Part shown: in pieces, positions 49,265-61,200 of the stretch | Layout: the number at the start of each line of letters is the position of its first letter | Numbering within the stretch: the first letter of the stretch is position 1 | Virus record (IMG/VR): IMGVR_UViG_3300015203_000001 | Coordinates: 1-64,000 of that record | Direction: 5' to 3' (one strand) | From: a virus | DNA: 64,000 nucleotides | Made by a program: the position numbers and the translations under genes | The notes under the pieces: generated by a model | What the model was told of the DNA's origin: nothing | Seen by the model: only the letters and a program-made list of their open reading frames with translations | Databases searched by the model: none

Positions 49265-52200
49265 TTATTTACATTTTTCATTTCTAATATCTAATTCTTT
49301 ATTTGGAAATTCTTCAGTAGGAGATAGTGTACCTAATACATCTCCACCTGTATCATCAGGGTCAAATGGTGGTAAGTCATAATTACTACCTTCATCATAG
49401 TAATTATTAAATTCATCTATATCACTCTCCTTCTTAGTCTCCTTATCTATAAATTCAAATATACTATCTATAGCTTGTACTGCTGCACTATCAGCTTTTA
49501 AATCTAACCCTAAATCTCTTAATATATTAAATATGAACTCTTTAAATACTTGCAATCTAGTTTTACCTGATTGCTTAAATTGATCTTTATTTAAATACTC
49601 CTGAAATGCTTTATTAGATATACTTCTAGCTAAGAACTCATATATATTAGATACACTGTAGTGTAATAATTCCTCTGGAGTTAGTCCTTGATCTTTAGCC
49701 TTTTTATCAGCTATAGATTTTAATATATTAGGGTCTGACTTACTCCTAACATCATTATATAATCTAACTATATCACTAACATAACTAGGAGAATTATTTC
49801 TTACATCTACACTTCCATCTGTATTCTGTGTGATATACTGCTGTATTCTACTAGCTGTAAGCATATGTACTACTTCTTCTAGTATTACACTTGCTAATTG
49901 TTCATTCTTTAGTACACCTATAGTATCTGGATTTATTCTAATATCATTATGTCCTATATTATAGGAACCATAGAATGCACTCTCTCCTGCCCATGTTACA
50001 TTATTATAACTTATATCAATATCTTTACTCACATAAGGTAATAATTCTTTAGCTAATGCTGAATAGCTCCCTAATTGATTATCAACAATTTTCTGTAAAG
50101 AATTAATAGCTTTCCCACTTTGAACATCAAAAATGTCAGCTTTTAGACTTTCTGGCAGGGGAATATTCTGTTTTAAAGCCTTCGTAGGTGAGATATTCCG
50201 GGGCTTAGTCTTATTCAAAATGGATAAGCCAACGTCAGAGCCTTTAGAATATTCATCCATACCAAAAGTTCCTAAGATTGGGATTTCAGAGTATTTTTCA
50301 CCATCAAATTTATATAATCTGATCTTTTTCTTAGTACTAACTGATCTATCATATACACTTACAAATGGATTAATACCTGCTAGTATATCTATATATGTTC
50401 CATCTTTCTGTTTCTTAAATCTCTTATTAAAATCATCTAATTTGAACTTATTCTTATTAGACACCATAGATTCAGGAGTATGCTGAATATATTGAGTAGT
50501 AAATGGAGATACTAAATGTTTTTCTCCATCTTCTTTATTTGCTTTAATACCTAACATATCTAATCCTTTCATAGTAGGAAGTCTATCATTCATTACTCTC
50601 ATTGTATATGCATATCCTATTTCAGTTAAATATCCTACTGAAGTATATTTAGTAAATTGTATAGCTTCCTGTTTAGCATTACCTAAGAATGAGTATGATA
50701 TAAGAGCTTGTGCTAGTGTATTTAAAGTATATTCTTTATTACCTATCTTTGGTAATTTAATGTCTATACTATTACCCTCCTTATCTTTCTTCTTAACTTC
50801 CAACATGGAAACTAGAGAATTATATAAGTAAGATTCATCATAACTCTCTCCTATAGCATTATTATATTTAATTAATGAGGGTTCACCAATTTTACTAGGT
50901 ACGTATTCTAATTTATTTAATAGTGGATTAGTCCTAATATATTTAATAACATTTCCTATTTTAATTTTTTCTTGTTTTTCTTCTTCAGTTAACTCTTTAG
51001 TTTCTTCATTTTTACTTCCTTTTATATCATATAACTGCTGCATATAGTATGCTAATGAAGTATTTTCATCTGTATCTATATACAACTCCTTCCTTAAACT
51101 GTTAGCAGTCTCATTATTTCCAAACATACCTGCCATTTCAAATGTAGCTAAGTACTTCTTTAATTCAGCAAATATATCTTGCTTTAATTCTATCTGTCTA
51201 GTAATATTATCACTATCATCTTGCTCTATTAGAGGAAGTATTTCATCAAATATAGCATTCATACTTACACTGTCATAAGGAAGATACTTATTCCATAGAT
51301 TATATGCTGTATTTACTGCTACTACATTAAATGCTCCTACTAATGTAGTAGGTTTAATCATCTGATCTCCTACTTCATAATATCCATCTTCTCTTAATTT
51401 CTGCCTTCCACTTTCTGATTGAGGTTTATCTTCATAATCTCCTATTAAACTATCTACATTTTCTATTTTAGCATTACCCTTACCCATCTCATTAAGAGCA
51501 TCTCTCTTAGCTATCACATTAAAATAAGACTTATCTAACCCCTTACTCTCTACATTTAATCCAGTTTGGATAGCTCTAATAGCTAATCCATACTTTTCCA
51601 TATCTAAAAATCTTAATAAAACAGCAGCCTGTAATTCTCCGTCTGCTCCACTATCTTTAATAGCTTTAAGCATATTAACTGAAGTCATTCTAGGAGATAC
51701 CCTATTATGATTATAATCTTCTTCTAATGCACCTACAAAATACTTAGTTATTAACTCATTTTTAATTCTTTCTTTAGCAGCCTTACCATTCTCAAAATTA
51801 GATAGTCTACCTACATTGGAAGTAGCATTAGATAATTTATTTACATACTCTCTAATTATAGGTTGAGACATAAATCTCATAGCTAAACTACCACCATCAG
51901 TTCCTTTAAATAGTCCAGTTAGATTAAATATTTTCTGCACATCCAAAGTATATTTATTAAGATTTACTCTATTCATAATCTGTAACTTCTCATGATCTAC
52001 TCCAGTTTGAGCCACTTCATCTAATACATTAGATATATCTCTATCTCCTTCTTTACCATTTACATCCATAGTTCTAGAACTCCCCAACTCAAAGTGACTT
52101 TCTATATCTCCAAATTTCCATATCTTATTATGTGCTTTACCTTCACTATCTACCCATATTAATTTTAAAGGTTTACCTTGTGCTTTAGCTTGTTGAGCTT

Positions 52201-55200
52201 GTGCATGAAAAGTTACATCCATACTATATGCCCCTTTGCCTAGACCTCCTGTTGCACCTCCTATTAACTTCTGTTTCTGATATTCTCCACTTAATGCTGT
52301 CCAATAAGTATCATTTTTAGGTGTAGCTTTCTCTATTATATCAGCTTGATCTTCTGTAAACTTAGTATTAAGTACAGAATTTATTTTAGCCTGTAATTTT
52401 TTATTTGGATTTGAATATACAGATTGATATATTTCTATTATCTTATTTTGTGTTAATTGATCTTCTAATTTAGCTTGAGCATCTATAAGAGAATCTTGTT
52501 GTTCTATTTCATTATCTGTATAATCTTCTATCTCTTCAGATTTAAGTACACTATCTATTAGCTTATCAGCACTTTCAAGTCTTAGTCTATTATTCTTAAA
52601 GTCAGCATCATGCTTAGATAGTATCCTAGATTTATGATTTGAACTTAACTTCTCTATCTTACCATCTTCATTCTGATAATGATAATAAGCATAAGTATTC
52701 TCTTTATCCACATCAAAGTCTAATCCCTTAATCTTAGTGTAGATACTAGGAAGTATCATTAAATCTCCTTGTTGTGCAGGTAAAAATCCTGCAATCTCTA
52801 TACTACTTCCACTACCTAATCCAGTTGTAGGTATTCTAAATCCTATTAATTGTAGTAACTCTTTATCAAACATTTCAGGTCTAATATGATAACTCTTATC
52901 TTCAGATTGAGTTATATATTTACCACTTCCATCTTCATTCTTCTCAAATAGATTTATTAATTTACCATTATTATCTTTAAATTTAGAAGTTACAAATACT
53001 TGTGATTTACTTATTTTACCTACCTTACTTAGCTTATTTTTACTAACATATTCTTTTAGTTCTGCTTCGGTATTAAATTGCTTAGAAGTACCATCTTTTA
53101 AATTAACCCACCATTCATCTTCTTTTTCTCCTTTAGGATCAGGTACTGCTCCTGCAAAAACTATTTTACTACTATTTTCATCATATATGGCTTGTAATTC
53201 AGAGCCATTCCAAGCAGAAGTATATATAATCTTAGATTGATCTACTCCTTTTAAATCAGCTTGTAACTTAAATCCTTCAGGACTTCCAGCTACAAATGAA
53301 TTACCATGAAACTTTAACTTAGCTATCCTATTAGTAACTATTGAGTTCATTAAAGCCTCAAACTTATTACTATTAATACTACTCCATATAGGTAATACAA
53401 ATTCATTAATAATATTACCATCAGGGTCTTTCCTAAAATCTAATCCTTTAGTAGTCTGTACTGGTAATCCTCTATTATTAGCCTCTTTTAATAGTAGCTT
53501 CTGTAACTTCTTAATTGCCCTATCTTTATCTACAGGTACTCCATGTTTATCTAATCCTAATTCATTATATAATTGTTCTTTCTTACTCTGTATTAATTTA
53601 ATATGTAAATCATTATATTCTTTATGTAACCACTCTCCAGTTCTCTTTTCTCCTTGATAATTAAAACCATCAAAGGACATCACATCATTACCAAACAGTA
53701 GTTTCATTAATTGAGTCCCATAACTAACAAAATCAAATCCCTGTTTACTAGATTTAAATGGCACTTCCTGTTGTATTCTAAAATTCTTTCTGTCTAATAT
53801 TAGTCCACTAGCTCCTAAATTCTCTTCTTTAGTAGTAGTACTATCTGGTATTACCAAATTATCCATTGAACCTTCTATAAATCTACCATCTCTATCCCAT
53901 ATAGTTCTAGCATTCTTTAATGCTCCTACTTTATTAGCTGATTGATATGAAGCTCTTACTCCCATCCCCTTATATTTATCTGAACTCTCTAATGCTTCCA
54001 TCTTCAACCTTAACTTATCAATCTCCATTCCAGCAGTTAATTGAGGAATGAGTGGAAATGCAGAAGATTTAATATAAATATCTCTCATTACATCTTGTGC
54101 TTCATCAAATTGCTGTCCAGTATATACAGGCTTCATAGGTTGCATTATCTTACCTATTAACTTCTGTTGTCTATCTGTTAGTTGTTCTTTAGTGGTTTTA
54201 GAAGAAAATAAATCCCTAGCCTCCTGTATTTCAGCAGCAGTTATATCTATGATAATTTCAGGCATCTTGCCTAATTTCTCCATTAGATTTAAATGCTCTG
54301 TCCATGTAGTATATTCTTGTGCATCTGAAGCCTCTATATCAAAGAATCCACTACTGTTAGGATATTTTTCTTTAAGTCTATCTATATTCTCTCCTTTCTG
54401 TAACTGCTCATACTCTCCATCACTCATCTCTTTACCATCATTTATTCTAGTAGAGAACTTCATAAATGCTTTATCTGCTATACTACTTCTATCTTTAATA
54501 AATAACTGTATATATTTCTCATTCTCACTTTCAGCAGGTGAAGTTCCCGGAGCTATCTGATTAGCTAATCTCTTACCTATATTAATGAAGGTATCCTTAG
54601 CCATCTGTATATAATCTTCCTTCTCATCACTTTTAAACTTCAAAGCAGGGTCACCTGCAAATAGCATAAATGAATTAGCTAATGAAATCATTTGATTTGT
54701 AACTAAATCTAATGCAGCCATATTAGCCTTTTCATCTAAAGAACCACTGAATTTCTTAGGTTCATCTATATAATCAGTACTTATAAAATTAATACTACTA
54801 ATAGTTCCATCTGCATTAGTATCTACTATTTTATTATTCTTCCAATTAGTTAATTTCTCCTCTTTAAGACTATTAATATTATCTCTAATAGCCTGATTAA
54901 TCCTACTCATTAAATCTTCATTCTTCTCTATTTCCTCTATTGTGATAGTATCAGGCTCATTCTTAATAGCATCTTTCAGATACACTCCATTCCCATAATC
55001 TAATGTATTAAGACTAGGCATCATTAAAAATAATGAAGCTCCTTCATCATAACCTTTAATATTAGTAGCTTTAACTATAGAATGAAACATGCTCATTCTT
55101 TCTAGTTCAGGTTTGACCACTTGAGTATACACCAATTTTATAACCTCATCTGATAACTTCTGCCCATTACCTAAATCTTTATTCTTAAAATTTAATACTG

Positions 55201-58200
55201 GTACAGTTAGTGGGATAGCTATATGTTTATCAGACATAGTTGGCCCTAGCATAGTAGCCCATCTCATATCTATACTAGTACCGGGATAATCTCTATGTAC
55301 TACTCCTTTATCATCTTTAAATACTACTTCCCCCTTAGTCATATCAAAGAACATATTATTAGAAGCAGTCTCATAATCTAAATCTCCTAACTTATCTATT
55401 CCTTTATCAGATTTAAATTTATTACCTAATATATCTAGTGCTGTAAATCCTATATGACTAACATCAAACTTACTCCTAAAATCTTCATCATCCATTAGAT
55501 TCAACCACATAGAATTTCTAGAGAATGAAATTTTCTTCAACTGCCCTCTTAGTGGAGAAATATCACTCTTTAACTCTAAAGCTCTAGTAGTGACAAATTT
55601 TCTTGCAGTAATAGCAAAATATGACTTACCATTATCTCTACCTCCATAGGGGATATGTGTAGTATCATATTTAGTCTGTAAACTAGCTAATGTCTTTATT
55701 ATAGTCTGGTTAATAGGAATATCACTACTTTTCTTAAATGAGTGATCTTCAGGTTCATCAATTAATGACTTTAATTTAGATGATAGTATTCCAAATAATC
55801 CACTAGTCTCATTAAATAATTTCTCCCAACTATGCTTCTTATAATTATGATAAAACTTACCAGCCCTAAGATCATCCATAGTTTTATCACTAACTATAAT
55901 GCCAAACTTAGATAACCACTCTTGCATTTGGTGATTAGTAGCTATAATCTTATTATAATTCTTAGAATCTCTAAATTTAGTACTAAAATCATCTACTAAT
56001 ATTTGAGCTTTCTTCTTATTGAGTACAAGATTATTCTCTGCATCTGTCTCTTTAAATACTAAGTCACTAATAGTAAATCTACTCACCCAATCTTTCATTA
56101 TAGCATCTGCTACTCCTCCCTTACCAGTATCCCATAATGATGCCTTAAATATAGCTGGCTTATTTCCGTAAGCAGGTGTATACTCTATCATAGTAAACTT
56201 CATCCTAAGTGGAGACATAGACATTAATGAAGTAAACTGATATTTTATTTGTTGATTAGCTCCACTTAATTTAGTCACTAATCTATCTTTCCAAGACTGT
56301 TCATTTAACTTATTCTTAATACCTTCTAATAAATCATCAAATCTACAAGGTATATCTGCTAGTGTGGGCTGTAATACTTGAATTATTTTACTAGAATCTT
56401 CATAAGTATCTAATCCAAACACTCCTTTCTTACCTGTAGGTATAGCTTTTAAGAATATTCTGACAGCACTACTAACTCCATTTTCAGGATTTCTAGTTAG
56501 AGATTCATCAGCCCACTGATTATCATGTTCATCATCTGTGCTGTCATTTATATCCCTATCATTATCATCACTACTCTCCTCTTTCTGTCTAACTAAATCT
56601 ACTCCATTTACTTTCTCTATTTCAGCTATAGCTTTGTCTATTAATGGTTGTATATTATTCTTAACTCTATTAATCCTATCTATCTTCTTGATTATAGTAG
56701 CTACTAAATTAGGAATATTACCTGCTGTTTTTTGTTCAGGATGTTCATTTAACCAATTATTCCAAAAGATTACTTCTCCCTTATATACCTCTATAGCAGG
56801 CTCTATAGCTTCTTTAAATATTCTCTTAGTATTCTCCTCTACTTTAGACTTTAAGATTACTCCTCCATCATCTTCAAATGCCTGAAACATTTGGTTAGTA
56901 AAATAACTTACTATTTCACTCTCTTCTATCTCGTTTAAATCTCCTATTCTATTTAACTCACTAGTCACTTGAACCCTCTCTCCTGTATTTAACTCTCTAG
57001 GTGATTGAAGATCATCTATACTCTCAATATTAAAATCTAATCCCAATTCCTTCAACTTATTCATCCTCTCTCTAAGTAGAACTTCCACATCTGTTTCAGG
57101 TTGTGGTTTAATCTCATCTAATTCTTTTTTAACCTCATCTACTTTCTCTTTAATCTCCTCTGGTTTAGTTAATACTTGTGCCTCTTGTTCTTCCTTCTGG
57201 CTACTCAACTTATAGCTAACCATATTATCACTACTCACATACTTAGGCTTCTCTTTAGTACCTATATTTACACTTCTTATATTAGTAGTGTAATTCTTTA
57301 ATATATAATCTCTATAACTATCAGCAGCATTACTAACTTTTCCCTGTTCATCTATATATACTATAGGTCTATCTTCTTGAGAACCTCTAATATCATAGTT
57401 CATCTTATGGCTCCCTAATATAGATACTTTACCATTTGGAGTAGTAATTTGAGATTTTAGTATATTATTTAATATAGATGTAACTGTTTTAAGTTTATCT
57501 CTTGTACTTGTATCATTTCTAGTCACTCCGGGTTTAGGCTCTCCAATACTACTACTAAGATCATAATTAAAAGTAGTATTATGTTGACCAAATAACACTC
57601 CACTACCTCCTTGAAGGAAAGTCACAAATCCGGTTATAGGTTGTACTCTATTATTACCATTAGCATCTACACCTCCTTTTCTTACTCTATTATCTGATTT
57701 AGTTTTAATCTGATTTAATGCAGCTTGCTTATTAGTAGCTTTTATTAATCTAATATCATTAATATATAAACTAATAAATCTCTGTATATCAGTTGCATCA
57801 GTAATATCTAATTTAGTAGCTTCTTGTATATCATCTTTAGTTTTCTTATATAACTTTTCAAAATCAGGATGAAATCTATTAATAAATATCTTCAGAGCTT
57901 GAAATATAGTAGTCTGTATCTCTTTAGTTATGGGTTGAGGACTAACTTCCATAGCTGTCCAAATCTTTCTGCCATCACTATGAGTACCAGTTCTATATAA
58001 AGCATATGATAATCCTATCTTATAAGGATTTTCTTTTATATCCCTTAATATTATATTTTCATTTGGATTTCCTAGTCTATCTTTAGTAAATGCATCTTTA
58101 TTATTAATGGTTAATTCACTAGTATCTTCAGCTATTGCAAATACAACTTCAGGATTAGCTTCAGAGAAGGGAATAAACTCATACATAGGTTTACCATCTG

Positions 58201-61200
58201 GTAGTTTACCTATTACTTTAGTCTTAAAAGGATCAAATGTAGTTGGTCTATTCTCTGTTATCTGGATAACCTCTTTTCCATTATTAGCTAATGCAGCTTT
58301 CCTAATAGCCATAGTATTATCTATAGCCATTTTCATCTCCTCTGGATTACCTTCATTAAATCTGTATTCATGATACCATCCAATATCATGCACAAATCCT
58401 AATCCTTTCTCTCCTTCTTTAGCTCCTTTATCATATACTATAATAGGTATCTTACTTATATATTCATCAGATTTAGGGTCTTTACCTACTTTCCATTCTC
58501 CCCATGTTACAGCCTTCCCCTTACTACCATCTGCATTATAGATAGGTATAATTATACTATCTACATTCTCTGGTATTCTAATATCTAATTGAGTACCTAC
58601 CCCATAATTATCATAATCTAGTATCTTAAATGGATTAATATTATCCCCCTCTTTTAATTCATCACTAGTATAATCATAAGAGATAGTAACAGTACCATCA
58701 TCATTAAGAGTAGTAAGCATATCTGCTGATCTAACAGATTTAGCTATCTTAGGATTAGGATTATTAGTTACTTTAGATTTATATTGTATCTTTCCACTTA
58801 ATACTGGTTGATTATCATTATCAAATTCTACAGGATTACCTGACTTCTCTATAGTATCCTTTTCACTTTGATTATTATTTACAGTAACTATTTCATCATC
58901 TTTCTGTTTACCATCTAATAATACTTTATTTAGAATCTGGTCAAATATAGCTTTAGGAGTGGCATCTAATAGTCTCTTTTTAATGTCATCAAAGTCTGCT
59001 GTTTTATTATTTAATTGCCACCCTAACTTTAATGTATCATATGCTGTCCTTACATATTTATCTCCATAATTACTAATTAATCCTTTCACTAAATCCTCAA
59101 AATTAGTGCCATGCCCTAATTCATTAGCCATATCTGATACTGCATTCTTTAATTGACTTTTTTCATCATCAGATAGAGTACTAGGATTTACTTCTATAGG
59201 TGATTGCAGATTAACTAATCCTCTAGTTTCTATAGTTTCATAGTTCTGTTTATTCTGGTTTTCAGCTCCCTTTAATAAATCAAAAGCTAATCTAGGAGCA
59301 TTTAATTTATTAGCTACTTCATATCCTACATTTCCTAGATTCTGTAGCCATGATATATAGTTTGGATTTGTACTTGCATCTATTTTAGGTACTTTATAAA
59401 CCTCTGCTGCATAATCTAGTAGTTGTTGTGTAGCAGCAGTATCTACTCTATGTTGTTCATTTGGTAAGTCAATTCTTTTAAGCTCACTATTTTGTGGTAC
59501 AGTAGAAGTAGATTTAGTCATAGGTAATACAACTTTAGCTACTAATTGTTGTACTGTATTAAATCCCTTTAATACTTCAGGATTATTCTTAGGTTGCTCT
59601 ATTTCCTCTGTCTGTTGTTGTTCAGGATTAACTATCTCATTAGTCTCTTGTACAGCTTGATTCTGCTGTTGAGCTTCATTCTTAATTCCATCAGCTATAT
59701 CTTTAGCTTTTAAAGCATCTTGCTTATCTTTAGCTATTTTCTTAGTAGTATTATCTAATACTGATTGTATTTGCTCATTAGTTCTAGCATTTTTAATTGC
59801 TTTCTCTTTCTGTGTTTGTATAAATTCAGGGTTATTCCATTGAGCTAATCTCTTTCTTTGTAAACTAATAGCATCATTAAGTACTGCTTTCTTAATAATA
59901 GCCTTTTGATATAAATAATTCTTACTATCTATATTACCTCTAATTATATCATTATCCTTAGCTCTTACTTCAGGATCAATAGTATCATCTGCTTCTATTT
60001 CATCAAGTCTATTCTTAATCTTAGTAGCCTTAGTCTGATTTTCGTCTATTAGTTTATTAATATTTTCTTTCTCATATGCATCTTCAGTTTGTGCATACTG
60101 CTCCTTTAACCTTTCAATCTGCACTTGATGTGCATACAACTCATATTCAGTATCATATTTCTCCTTACCTACTGGACTCAATAAAGTATATTGATCTAAT
60201 GTAGGTCTAATCTGATTAATATTAAGTTCATTCTTACCTTGTTCATCTAACCATGTATTTAGATTATAGTGTTGCCTAGTTATAAGAGGTACAAAATTTC
60301 TAGTATGTCTACTAGCCACTTTAGTGTAACTATCCTTTATTCTATTAGCATCATCTATATAAGTCTGAAATTCTCTCTTAACTTGCTCTACCTGTTCAGG
60401 TTTAACATCTCCGTATAAATCCTTAATATTATCATAATTCCCACTATTAACTTGGTCTAAAGTAGACTTTAGAAAATTAAGATGTGAGTTTGCTATATCT
60501 CCTTTATTAGCCTGACTATCTAACTGTAACCCATCTAGTAATTTAGAAGTAAAGAAATTCCTTCTAACTGCAAATGCATCATCTGTTTTTCCTTGTTTAT
60601 CTAACTCCTTTAATCCATTAATAGTACTATCATGCATAGTAACTACATTCTTCAAGTAATCATCATATCTCTCATTAAATGCAGCTATTTTATTCTTATT
60701 AACAAAATCTTGAGTAGCCTTCATAGCAGGTCCAATTAATAGTGAACCTAGAAATCCAGAAGCTACCATATTAGCAAATTCAGGGGATTGTATATCTTTA
60801 CTTACTCTCTCTAAAACATTAGTATCATCCTTCTCTAACCCTCCTAATACCATAGCATGATGTTCACCTTCATTCTGAAATATAGGTATTCCACCAGCTT
60901 CTATAGCCTCTATTCCACTACCCAATCCTTTAGTAGTAGCCCATCCAGCAGCTTTACCTAATTTACTTTCTCCAAATGCTCCTGCTAAATGTTCTAATCC
61001 TTTCTCTAATTCCCCTTCAGCTACTCCAGCTATTGGATTAAATACCATAGCTCTAAATGCTAATATATCTAGTGGTAGTTGTGCTAGTGTTAATCCAAAA
61101 TCTACTCTAGCCCCTGCACTAGCTAGGTGCTGTTTTTCTTCTTCTGTAAATGGAGTTCCATCTGGATGTTTAGAATTACTTAACTTCTCATAAGTATTTT

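Noticed and set aside
49847-49891. Possible zincin HExxH protease motif near the C-terminus of the giant protein (VILEEVVHMLTAS)
   Set aside because: The string is EEVVH, not HExxH, because the first His is missing. I saw no other HExxH in the three large virion proteins.
46211-58373. Five + strand ORFs inside the giant genes (46211-46411, 50133-50486, 54192-54560, 56538-56885, 58107-58373)
   Set aside because: They are antisense to the 1589-aa and 4236-aa ORFs. Ser/Leu/Ile-rich translations are expected by chance on the reverse strand of very long AT-rich ORFs.
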